NCBI GenBank assembly: GCA_964616835.1
Contig: CAZTSG010000001.1
Location: forward strand, 8,830 to 72,829
Length of the DNA: 64,000 bases
Source: an uncultured Nitrososphaerota archaeon
Lineage (GTDB): Archaea > Thermoproteota > EX4484-205 > JAAOZP01
Direction: 5' to 3'
Part shown: in pieces, positions 27,156 through 35,837 of the stretch
How positions within the stretch are numbered: the stretch's first letter is position 1
Layout: each line of letters opens with the position of its first letter
Notes under the pieces: generated by a model
Database searches by the model: none
Told to the model about the DNA's origin: nothing
Seen by the model: the letters and a program-made list of their open reading frames with translations, nothing else
Program-made: the position numbers and the translations under genes

Positions 27156-27356
27156 ATGAGTACCATACCCGTGAGTAAGGAGACGAAGAAAAGATTGGAG
27201 AGCCTTAAGGGGGAGAAAGCATGGGATGAGTTTCTGAACGAGCTTGCGAACATAGCTCTAAGTGAAAACAGGCTTAAAAATAGGAAAAGAATGCAGAAAC
27301 TTCTGGAAATTGGGTATGATGAAGTCAGGGTTAAAAAATGGGCGAGAGAATACTAG
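27156..27356 (+). CDS. vapB: antitoxin (VapB-like small DNA-binding protein)
   Basis: 66-aa charged protein immediately upstream of a PIN-domain gene that it overlaps by 19 nt. Confidence 0.55.
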   Translation: MSTIPVSKETKKRLESLKGEKAWDEFLNELANIALSENRLKNRKRMQKLLEIGYDEVRVKKWAREY

Positions 27357-27700
27357 TGGATACAGATTGTCTAATCGATTACTATAGGGGGGAACTAGAG
27401 TTAAACCCGGAGGATTCACACCATGTTTCGGAAATAACTGTCTACGAGTTCATCAGGGGGACGAGGAATGTGAAGGAAGCTAAGAGGATACTGGAGAGAT
27501 CTTTCAGCATTGTTTGGCTCGACAACGAGATTCTGGAGAAAGCCTCGGAAATATGGAGGAGACTCAAGGCCTCAGGCAGGCTTGTTGAAGACAGGAACCT
27601 AATAATAGGGAGCACGGCAGTAGTGAAGAGGCTCAAGCTGTTAACGAGAAACATTAAGCATTACGAGGGGCTGAAAACATACGGGTTAGTTTTTTATTGA
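27338..27700 (+). CDS. vapC: PIN-domain ribonuclease toxin VapC
   Basis: N-terminal ILVDTDCLIDYY acidic motif typical of PIN. 120 aa. Confidence 0.75.
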   Translation: MGERILVDTDCLIDYYRGELELNPEDSHHVSEITVYEFIRGTRNVKEAKRILERSFSIVWLDNEILEKASEIWRRLKASGRLVEDRNLIIGSTAVVKRLKLLTRNIKHYEGLKTYGLVFY

Positions 27701-27837
27701 AAAATCTTCTTCGACTCTTTATGCATTTTTTCGTAGCAGTATATGGGTGTCTAACAGTTTTATCTTAAACCGCGGTGAAAACATAACTGTGGAAGCGGTT
27801 AAAAAACAGGATTGTTGCAGCAAGAAGTAGCGTAACA

Positions 27838-27985
27838 ACAGCTTTTCTCCTTAATTCGCTCCACCGGTAAGGCGAATAAGGCGGTGGTTGAAATATTGGC
27901 AGACTATTTCAAAGTGAAGAAGAGCGCGGTCGGAATGGTTAAGGGTGAAGCATCAAGAGAGAAAGTCTTTCAGCGTGGAGAATGA
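27838..27985 (+). pseudogene. C-terminal fragment of a DUF167 (UPF0235/YggU-like) gene with no start codon
   Basis: A 49-codon frame reads ...STGKANKAVVEILADYFKVKKSAVGMVKGEASREKVFQRGE*, matching the conserved GKAN...SR.K C-terminal half of DUF167 proteins. A TAA lies immediately upstream in frame and the N-terminal half is absent. Confidence 0.4.
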
Positions 27986-28060
27986 TTGCTGAATAAGCCG
28001 GTTTTCCTGAGGCTTGTTAGGTTTTTGCTATGAAATCATAGACGAGTTGGCGTGCACCAC

Positions 28061-28447
28061 TTAGAGACAGAAAATGAGGTCAGGTACCTTGATGTCTCCT
28101 AAGAGGACGTGAGCAGCTTCCCTGCATCCTCCTTTACATTTTTCCAGCATCGAGTAGCCTTCGCACATTTTAGGAGTATAACGTAGATTTATGAATCCTC
28201 TTATGTATTCAGATTTCTCGTAGAGTTCTTGGGGGTCTGATTCCACGCAGTTTCTGACCACTGTTGGAGAATGATTGCAGACTTTTAGTCCTCCTGAAGG
28301 ATCTATGGCGCAATGAATGTTTTTACCGGCCATACATCCTTCTTTCAACATGAACATTGTATACTTAAATTTTTCGGCTACCGAACGCGAGTTCCAGTGA
28401 TGTAAAAACCCCAAGATTACTCGCCTAGAGCGGTCTGAATGATACAC
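28061..28447 (-). CDS. orphan Cys-rich protein resembling the C-terminal SPASM/twitch domain of radical SAM maturases (no radical SAM core)
   Basis: 128 aa. A Cys pattern ending ...CEGYSMLEKCKGGCREAAHVL resembles the end of a SPASM domain. No CxxxCxxC radical SAM motif in the ORF or upstream. Confidence 0.35.
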   Translation of the reverse strand: MYHSDRSRRVILGFLHHWNSRSVAEKFKYTMFMLKEGCMAGKNIHCAIDPSGGLKVCNHSPTVVRNCVESDPQELYEKSEYIRGFINLRYTPKMCEGYSMLEKCKGGCREAAHVLLGDIKVPDLIFCL

Positions 28448-28657
28448 TCGGCGGGGTCGGGCTCCGATGGAAGATTAACGAATTTAAATGCTAATTGGCT
28501 TCTGGTTTTCAAGGTGTTTTAACTGGGTTAACCTGTTAACCAGAAACACTAAGGATTATGGTTTGCTTAAAGCAATACTAGCCAGTTTTCATCAAGTTAT
28601 CTTAAGGATGATTATTGATTCAAGAATGAGGTTGCTTCGCTTAGTGTAGACTTAGAT

Positions 28658-30094
28658 TTATAAGAGCGTGCTCTGGCTTACGGTGCTTTTCTCCTTGTGT
28701 GAAATGATTTTCACAACCCTTCCCTTTTTTCTTAACTCTTCAACGCTGGAGGCTCCGGCGTAGCCCATTGCAGCCCTTATGCCTGAAGTGAACTCGCCTA
28801 TAACTGATGATGCATCTCCGCGATACGGCACCCATATCTCGGTTCCCTCAGGTATTTCCTTCGCGAACGTTGCGTACCTGTCTAGAGCCATTCTCTTCTG
28901 CCTCGCGGACTGGCTGCCCATGCCCCTGTGTAGCTTGAAGTATTTGCCGTTTATTATGGTCATGGGGCTCGGGCTCTCTTTGCAGCCTGCTAAAACATAC
29001 CCGAGCATGGCGCATGATGCTCCCAATGCTATTGCTAACGCGACGTCTCCCGGGTTCCTGACTCCGCCGTCTGCTATCACCGGTATTTTCAAACCTAGTT
29101 CTTCAAGAGCGTCTGCAGCCTGGGCTACTGCGAAGAGTGTGGGCGCTCCCGCCCTAGTGATCTCTGTCGTTATGCATACTGAGCCGCTTCCTATCCCTAC
29201 TCTGAGCCCTGCGACGTCTTCTATTTTAGAAACCGAGTCAAGCACCCCCTGCTTAGTCCCCAGGTTCCCGATTACAATGTCTACGTCTACTTCTTTCACA
29301 AGCCTCCGCGTTGCTTCTATCACGTTCCTGTTGTGGAAGTGTGCGACATCTATCACTAGGGCGTCCGCGTGCTTCGCCAGCATCCTGGCTCTTTCGATGT
29401 CGAATGGGGATACTGCAGCGGCGACCCTAAGCCTGCCCTCAGAGTCTCTAGTGGCCTCCTTATACTCTCCTCTAAGCGCCACATCCTTGTAGGTTATTAG
29501 TCCGACGAGCCTCTTGTTATCGTCTACAACCGGCAGCTTCTCAACCCTGTGCTTCTTCATGAGCTCCACTGCTTCCTCGGGAGTGATGCTTGGGCTTGCT
29601 ACTACGACGTCCTTAGTCATAGCTTCCTCAACCCTTATCGAGGGGTTTGCGAACCTCACGTCCCTCCCAGTTATTATCCCGATCAGTCTGTTGTCTTCAA
29701 CAACTGGGAGACCCGATATCTTGTGTCTCCTCATTATTTCAGCAGCCTCTCCGACAGTAGCATCCTTGTTTATCGTTATCACGTCTCTGATTATGAAAGA
29801 CTCTGCTCTCTTCACTGCTTTAACCATCTCCAGCTCTTCCTCTGCGGAGCAGTTCCTGTGCACGACGCCTATTCCACCGTGTCTCGCGAGCGCTATCGCC
29901 ATTTCAGACTCGGTTACGGTATCCATCGGCGAAGATACTAAGGGGATGTTTATCGGGATGTTTTTCGAAAAACTTGTTCTCAGATCTATATCCCTAGGCT
30001 CGATCTCGGAGAAGCCGGGTAGCAGGATAACGTCTTCAAAATTGAAGGCCGTCTCAGCCTTTTCAAATTTCTCCTGGAACGCCCCCATATTCAA
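28658..30094 (-). CDS. guaB: inosine-5'-monophosphate dehydrogenase with tandem CBS domains
   Basis: GGIGVVHRN, two CBS domains, catalytic loop IGIGSGSVCITT. 478 aa. Confidence 0.9.
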   Translation of the reverse strand: MNMGAFQEKFEKAETAFNFEDVILLPGFSEIEPRDIDLRTSFSKNIPINIPLVSSPMDTVTESEMAIALARHGGIGVVHRNCSAEEELEMVKAVKRAESFIIRDVITINKDATVGEAAEIMRRHKISGLPVVEDNRLIGIITGRDVRFANPSIRVEEAMTKDVVVASPSITPEEAVELMKKHRVEKLPVVDDNKRLVGLITYKDVALRGEYKEATRDSEGRLRVAAAVSPFDIERARMLAKHADALVIDVAHFHNRNVIEATRRLVKEVDVDIVIGNLGTKQGVLDSVSKIEDVAGLRVGIGSGSVCITTEITRAGAPTLFAVAQAADALEELGLKIPVIADGGVRNPGDVALAIALGASCAMLGYVLAGCKESPSPMTIINGKYFKLHRGMGSQSARQKRMALDRYATFAKEIPEGTEIWVPYRGDASSVIGEFTSGIRAAMGYAGASSVEELRKKGRVVKIISHKEKSTVSQSTLL

Positions 30095-30171
30095 TTATTC
30101 CAGGGCTCCGATTATAAGTCTTTCACCACGGGATGCCGGAGTCTTAGAATGCTGGAGGGTCGCCCTACGGC

Positions 30172-30750
30172 TTAACGCGAGGCCTCTGCGTGTCTCTCCA
30201 GCTCCTTCTTTCTGGAGACCGCGTAGCTGGAGTCCTCGTTATTGGCAGCGTTGATTATTTCTTCGGCAAGCGCCTCAGCTATCGTCTTCCTGTTTTTAAA
30301 GCTCTTCATCTTAGCCCCGTCCACGATGTTTCTTACTGCAAGGTCTATCCTCCTACCCGGCGAGATGTCTACAGACTGATAGTAGACTATGCCGCCGTAG
30401 CTTACCCTGGTGGTGTCCTCCCTCGGGGCAGAGTTTACGAGTGCTTCTACGAGGGCCTCTACAGGGTTCCTGCCCGTTTGGAGGGCTATTATTTCGAAAG
30501 CATCCTTAACTATGTTTATCGCCTTAGCCTTCCTGCCTCCTGCTCTAGCTGTCTGGGCAACCCTGTTCGTTAAGCGTTCAACAATATTTACATTGTACTT
30601 CCAGAATTTCCTTTTCTCATGCCTCCCGCCCGAATGAGGGATCCTGACGGGTTTAAGGCTTATCACTTGGGCTAGCCCGGGGTCCCTCACCTCGATTCCT
30701 TCGAAGCTCCACTTGTCGAATAGTTTACACTCTATGCTCGGCTTAGCCAA
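30172..30750 (-). CDS. rps7: 30S ribosomal protein S7
   Basis: 192 aa; universal S7 fold sequence and position downstream of S12. Confidence 0.9.
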   Translation of the reverse strand: MAKPSIECKLFDKWSFEGIEVRDPGLAQVISLKPVRIPHSGGRHEKRKFWKYNVNIVERLTNRVAQTARAGGRKAKAINIVKDAFEIIALQTGRNPVEALVEALVNSAPREDTTRVSYGGIVYYQSVDISPGRRIDLAVRNIVDGAKMKSFKNRKTIAEALAEEIINAANNEDSSYAVSRKKELERHAEASR

Positions 30751-30787
30751 GCTGGGTGGTGCTGCGCTGCTAAGCTTATAAAAGTTT

Positions 30788-31216
30788 TTACCTCGTGGGC
30801 TTCTGCTTCTTACCCTTCAGAAGCGCATCCAGCGATACGCCGTTGACGCTTATAACCTTGTACCTTACCCCGGGGATGTCCCCCATAGACCTTCCAAGCG
30901 TGCCCCCTATGCCCGCGATAATTACCTCGTCCCTCTCGTTTATGAAGTTTAGAGCCCCGTCCTTGGGCACGAATGCGGTAACCTCCTTCCCGTTCTTTAT
31001 CAACTGGACTCTGACGCATTTCCTCACAGCACTGTTGGGTTGCTTGCTAGCTATCCCGACCTTCTCCAAAACTATGCCCCTCGCCATGGGGGCTCCTTCA
31101 AGCGGGTCGTAAAGCTCCTTGAGCCTCAGAACCCTCTTAGTATAGTATCTAGAGCTCCACCTGAACTTCTTGCGAACAAGTATCAGTTTCCTGGCTGCGA
31201 ATTCTCCTCTACCCAA
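30788..31216 (-). CDS. rps12: 30S ribosomal protein S12
   Basis: [27 protein letters not shown], characteristic of S12. 142 aa. Confidence 0.9.
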   Translation of the reverse strand: MGRGEFAARKLILVRKKFRWSSRYYTKRVLRLKELYDPLEGAPMARGIVLEKVGIASKQPNSAVRKCVRVQLIKNGKEVTAFVPKDGALNFINERDEVIIAGIGGTLGRSMGDIPGVRYKVISVNGVSLDALLKGKKQKPTR

Positions 31217-31258
31217 TCCTGGGGGATTGTTGGAGAAGCACCTTATTAAGCTTCTTGC

Positions 31259-31714
31259 CTAACGTATTTTAACGTCGCTTACTCCAAAATGCCTTTTTGC
31301 GAACTCCCTTATTCCCTGTATTCTGAAGCCGTTCCTACCTATTGCCTTGCCCTTATCCATTTCGCTAACCGTTACGTAGACTACTCTCCCACCCTTGGCC
31401 CCGTTTTCAACCTGTACGTTGAGCACTCTCGCGGGATAGAGGGCTTGCCTGAGGAAGGTTTCAAGGTCTTCGTTAAAACCCATCACATGCACCTCCTTAC
31501 CTATTCTTTTAGAGAAGTGTTGGAGTAGAATCTTGCAACTGTTTTTAATCCTTTCAAAATCCTCTGGTTTAAGCAGGAAGAAGACCGTCTTATCATTATT
31601 GGTTATCAAACAGTCGACTACTCTCGCCCCAGTAGCGTTCTCGAAGAAGCCGATGTAGCTCAGCTCCTGGTTTGACCAGCTTACTTTCACATCGCTCTTG
31701 CTCGACATGTTCAC
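31259..31714 (-). CDS. nusA: archaeal NusA-like protein (two KH domains)
   Basis: 151 aa. KH GXXG motif GKAIGRNG. Conserved position between L30e and S12. Confidence 0.8.
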   Translation of the reverse strand: MNMSSKSDVKVSWSNQELSYIGFFENATGARVVDCLITNNDKTVFFLLKPEDFERIKNSCKILLQHFSKRIGKEVHVMGFNEDLETFLRQALYPARVLNVQVENGAKGGRVVYVTVSEMDKGKAIGRNGFRIQGIREFAKRHFGVSDVKIR

Positions 31715-32022
31715 TTATGGTCCTCCAGTATGTTGGATTCCCCTTGGTCCACTATTCCTATAACAGCAACTGGGTATTTTAAGCTTAACGCCTTCCCTAA
31801 CGCTACGCGAGAACCCTCATAGACTATTGACGGAGTCTTTGAGAGGTCCAGGGCGTTTTTAAGCATCCCGAGATACGGCTCCGGCAGCTTTGAGACGTAT
31901 ATTACTCCCTCCAGCTTACCCCGTAGCACAAGCCTATAGACCTCGTTGAAACCAGTTACGAAGCTACCTGTCTTAGCAAGGAGCTCAAGCCTGCTGCTTA
32001 GAGACGCTTTCTCCTCCGACAT
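31711..32022 (-). CDS. rpl30e: 50S ribosomal protein L30e
   Basis: 103-aa L30e/L7Ae-fold sequence (GKLEGVIYVSKLPEPY...VAVIGIVDQG). Conserved position after rpoA. Confidence 0.85.
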   Translation of the reverse strand: MSEEKASLSSRLELLAKTGSFVTGFNEVYRLVLRGKLEGVIYVSKLPEPYLGMLKNALDLSKTPSIVYEGSRVALGKALSLKYPVAVIGIVDQGESNILEDHK

Positions 32023-35000
32023 CTCCCGAATCCACCTTGCTCTTCGTAAAGCCCTCTATATCAACGTATACCTTGACCATGCCTGTTCCAGCATATATCT
32101 CTGAGCCTGCAAGCACTCTCTCAGTCATGCCGAGAAGCTTATCCTCCATGCCTGCTACAGCCCCCTCCACTAGGACTTGGACGGCTCTTTCGAAAGCTGC
32201 CTTGGCGAGGACGCTCTGCTTGCTCCCGCTTACCCCGTGCCTGCCTATCTGTTTCACAGTCCCGTCTTGAGTCATAGCGCTCGCGACGAGCGATAGGTGC
32301 CTCCAGTCAACGTCCAAGCCCTGCTCGTTCAAAGTCTTCCACATTTCGTTTATTAAAGCAGCCCTAGCCGCCTCTATGCCAAGCACCTCGGCTATCTCAT
32401 GGATATCGTTGGTAACTGTCCTCGTGTAGTCAACCTCCGGAATGTTGAAGACCTCTGCGAGGTTGCTTCCCTCCGTTATTATGCAGTACTCCTTGTTCTC
32501 CTCCTTTAACAAGACTCCCTTAACTCCGGTTATTCCGCTTACAGGCGTCTTCCTTATCTTTGATTCAAACTTCTCAGCATCGTTCTTAATGGGTATTTCG
32601 ATGGTGCCGTCGCTCTTAACGTTGAACCTTACGTTGAGCGTCTTAAAGACCTTCTGCACATCTTCTTCTGAAAGACCTCTTTCAGCCAACCATTCTTTAA
32701 CCGGATATATGACGAGATAGTCGTATGCCGTGGTTGATTTCAAACCTATTCTAGCCACGTCCTCTATCGTCGTGTAAACCATTTTCTTAGCGACTCTGAG
32801 CGCTCTACTATAGTCCTCGTTGTACGGTTTCTTCAAATAGACAGTCATCATCGGCGTCTTCGGCGTCTTCCTCGCGTCGAGCAGTTCGATAAGCCTCGGC
32901 AGCCCTAGGGTTACGTTCGCCTCCCTTACGCCGGCGTAGTGGAAGGTTCTCAGAGTCATCTGGGTACCGGGTTCCCCTATGGATTGCGCTGCAACAATCC
33001 CCACGCTTTCCCCAGCTTCTACAAGCGCCCGCTTATACTCTTCAACCACCCTCTCCACAACTTTCCTAGCGGCTGAAGCTGGGAGACGCTTAGAGATTAT
33101 CGCGTGGAAAGTCTCCTTCTTAACGTTGAGCGGGAGTATCCTGCCGTGCTCCTCGATCATCTTCTTAACGGTCTGCCTGCTTGCTGGACTACCCTTCTTA
33201 GGTATGGACAGCAAGTATTCTTCAACTATTCTGAAAGCATCGACAGACTTCCCATGGTCGCTCTTAGATGGGTCTACACCATCCTCGCCGTATATTATGT
33301 CAACTATGTTCCCGTAGGAGTCTCTCACAGTCCCATCGTACTCTACTCTAAGAGATTCCAACGCGTGTATTAGTCTGCGCTGCAAGTATCCGCTCTGCTG
33401 GGTTCTAACTGCGGTGTCCACGAGGGATTCGCGCCCACTCATAGAGTGGTAGAAGAGCTCTATGGGTGAAAGCCCCATGTAATAATTAGCTTTTATGAAT
33501 CCTCTCGCAAGGGGACCGAGGTCTCCTCTTCGGAAATGCGGCAGAGGCCTCTCAAAGTACCCTTTGAATATTCTCTTACCCCTCAGAGCCTGCTGCCCCA
33601 GGCAGCCGGATATCTGTCCTACGTTAAGGTCTGAGCCCCTCGCACCAGTCTTAGTCATCACGACCATGCTGTTGTCCAGCCCTAGGGTTGACGAGACTAG
33701 GTTTCCAACTCTGCTCCTAACGTTTGAAAGAGCGTCCATTATGTAGGCCTCTAGGCTCTCCTCCTCGCTCATCCCGGGGATCCTCTTTATCTTGCCCTTC
33801 TTCCACTCCTCAAGCAGCTTCTCAACCTCGGCATCAGCCTGGTCCACTTCTCTACTGACTCTTTCCTGAACGTTCTTAGGCAGCTCCACATCCCTGTAGC
33901 TGAAGCTGAAGCCTCTTAGAAGAAGGAATTCTCTAACCATTTTCTCGAATGCTGAGATAAACCTGTGGCCTTCCTCGGCTCCGTACTTCTTTATTATCCT
34001 GTGTAGGATGGTGTCCGCCTTCTCAGCGCCTATGGAGGCCTTGTCGATAACCCCGGATATTATCTTCCCGTTCTTTATGACTATCTCCGCCTCCTCCTTG
34101 CTCGCAGCGTCTCCCACGCTAGTCTTATTCACGTAGTTAAAGTCCTTCCTCAGCAACAGGCTGACTGCCTGCCGGCCTGACCACAGGGGTTCCGGCGTCT
34201 TAACCTCCGGCTCAGGAAGCTCGCCCTCATAGCCCGCGGCATACACTATTCTCGCAAACTCCTCCTTAGTAAGATAAGTGTCTTTCCTAGTGAGGAGGTA
34301 GGCTCCTGTTATGAAGTCTCTTATCGCACCCATGATGGGTGCGCCATACCTCGGAGTAAGGTAGTGGTTCTTAACACCTAGGAGCATGCTCGTCTCTACG
34401 GAGGCCTCTAGGCTCTGCGGCACGTGCAGGTTCATTTCGTCGCCGTCGAAGTCCGCGTTGTAAGGCGGGCAGACGCTCGGGTTGAGTCTAAAAGTCTTCC
34501 CCGGAAGCACTTTCACCCTGTGCCCGAGCATTGAGAGACGGTGGAGCGAGGGCTGCCTGTTGAAAATCACGAAATCACCGTCCAGCAAGTGTCTTTCGAC
34601 AACGAAACCTATGTCGAGTGCTTCAGCGAGGGTATCCCTGTTCTCAACAAACTGGAGCTTATGCTTAGCGCCGCCGGGCCTAATTATGTACTCTGAACCA
34701 GGGTGTGTGAAAGGCCCGTTTCTGACGAGCTGCATCAACCAGTCCCTATTCCAGTACGTGACTCTCTCAGGTACTGTGAGTATTTTAGCAACCTCCACCG
34801 GGACGCCGACTTCATCAATATCGAGATAGGGGTCGGGAGATATTACTGTCCTAGCGGAGAAGTCGACCCTCTTTCCTGAGAGGTTCTTCCTGAAACGGCC
34901 CTCCTTCCCCTTCAGCCTTTGCGCGAGCGTCCTAAGCGTCTTACGCGTCCTGTGCTGTGCCGGGAGTACCCCAACGGCCTCGTTGTCGAAATAAGTCGTC

Positions 35001-35833
35001 ACGTGATACTGTAGAAGATCCTCATGGTCCTGTATTATTAAGGGGGAGGCTCCGGACTCTATGTACTCCCTTATTCTGCGCGCTGTCCTTATTATGTCGA
35101 CAAGCTTATGCGTTAAATCGTCTTCAGACCTCTCGCCGGTTTCAAGTATTATCGAGGGTCTAACCTGTATGGGTGGAACCGGCAGGACTTCTATAACGTA
35201 CCACGCTGGATGAGCAACCTCAGGGTCTATGTTCAGAAGCCTAAGGTCATCGTTAGGGATCGAGTTTAAACGCTCCCTTATTATCCGGGAGTTTAGAAGC
35301 CTAAGGGCTCCGTCAGGATCCCTCTCGTAGAACTTCGTAGGTCTCTCAAGCCTGATCTGGTATTTCTCAGCCCCGCAGTGCGGGCACCTGTTTGCCCTCC
35401 TAACCTCGTCCTTTATCTGGTCGAAAATCTGCTCGGGCACGATGCCGTACAGCTCCTCGTACTCCCTCATCTTCTCCCTGTAATGGCTTATCCTATCGTT
35501 CGGCAGCAGTATTCTGCCGCATTGCCTGCAGGTTGATTGCAGAACGCGTTCGATCTCCCGCGCGAACGAAACATGTATCACTGGGACGGGCAGCTCTATG
35601 TGTCCGAAGTGTCCCGGACATTTGTCGGGCAGGTTGCCGCAAGTCTTGCACCTCTGCCTAGGCTCTATGGTTCCTAGGCGCGTATCCATTATCCCGCCTG
35701 GGACGGAGAGACCGTCCTGGTCATACGTCTCGTCAGTCGTCACTTCCATCACGGAGAGCTTCCTGATCTCAGCTGGGGATAGTACTCCGAACTTTATCGA
35801 ATCCAGCTGCTTTATCTCAACTTCCTGACTCAT
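31985..35833 (-). CDS. rpoA: DNA-directed RNA polymerase subunit A encoded as one continuous ORF (A' and A'' portions in frame, 1282 aa)
   Basis: N-terminal zinc motifs, NADFDGDEMN catalytic loop, then no stop, and the A''-type region begins (KKMIEEHG... VGIVAAQSIGEPGTQMTLRTFHYAGV bridge/trigger loop). Junction codons verified at ~33150-33200. Confidence 0.85.
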   Translation of the reverse strand: MSQEVEIKQLDSIKFGVLSPAEIRKLSVMEVTTDETYDQDGLSVPGGIMDTRLGTIEPRQRCKTCGNLPDKCPGHFGHIELPVPVIHVSFAREIERVLQSTCRQCGRILLPNDRISHYREKMREYEELYGIVPEQIFDQIKDEVRRANRCPHCGAEKYQIRLERPTKFYERDPDGALRLLNSRIIRERLNSIPNDDLRLLNIDPEVAHPAWYVIEVLPVPPIQVRPSIILETGERSEDDLTHKLVDIIRTARRIREYIESGASPLIIQDHEDLLQYHVTTYFDNEAVGVLPAQHRTRKTLRTLAQRLKGKEGRFRKNLSGKRVDFSARTVISPDPYLDIDEVGVPVEVAKILTVPERVTYWNRDWLMQLVRNGPFTHPGSEYIIRPGGAKHKLQFVENRDTLAEALDIGFVVERHLLDGDFVIFNRQPSLHRLSMLGHRVKVLPGKTFRLNPSVCPPYNADFDGDEMNLHVPQSLEASVETSMLLGVKNHYLTPRYGAPIMGAIRDFITGAYLLTRKDTYLTKEEFARIVYAAGYEGELPEPEVKTPEPLWSGRQAVSLLLRKDFNYVNKTSVGDAASKEEAEIVIKNGKIISGVIDKASIGAEKADTILHRIIKKYGAEEGHRFISAFEKMVREFLLLRGFSFSYRDVELPKNVQERVSREVDQADAEVEKLLEEWKKGKIKRIPGMSEEESLEAYIMDALSNVRSRVGNLVSSTLGLDNSMVVMTKTGARGSDLNVGQISGCLGQQALRGKRIFKGYFERPLPHFRRGDLGPLARGFIKANYYMGLSPIELFYHSMSGRESLVDTAVRTQQSGYLQRRLIHALESLRVEYDGTVRDSYGNIVDIIYGEDGVDPSKSDHGKSVDAFRIVEEYLLSIPKKGSPASRQTVKKMIEEHGRILPLNVKKETFHAIISKRLPASAARKVVERVVEEYKRALVEAGESVGIVAAQSIGEPGTQMTLRTFHYAGVREANVTLGLPRLIELLDARKTPKTPMMTVYLKKPYNEDYSRALRVAKKMVYTTIEDVARIGLKSTTAYDYLVIYPVKEWLAERGLSEEDVQKVFKTLNVRFNVKSDGTIEIPIKNDAEKFESKIRKTPVSGITGVKGVLLKEENKEYCIITEGSNLAEVFNIPEVDYTRTVTNDIHEIAEVLGIEAARAALINEMWKTLNEQGLDVDWRHLSLVASAMTQDGTVKQIGRHGVSGSKQSVLAKAAFERAVQVLVEGAVAGMEDKLLGMTERVLAGSEIYAGTGMVKVYVDIEGFTKSKVDSGDVGGESVSKQQA

Positions 35834-35837
35834 TCCC

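Noticed and set aside
28779-30254. 237-aa and 246-aa plus-strand ORFs
   Set aside because: Both lie antisense to guaB and rps7 and are Ser/Thr/Ala-rich low-complexity shadow ORFs.
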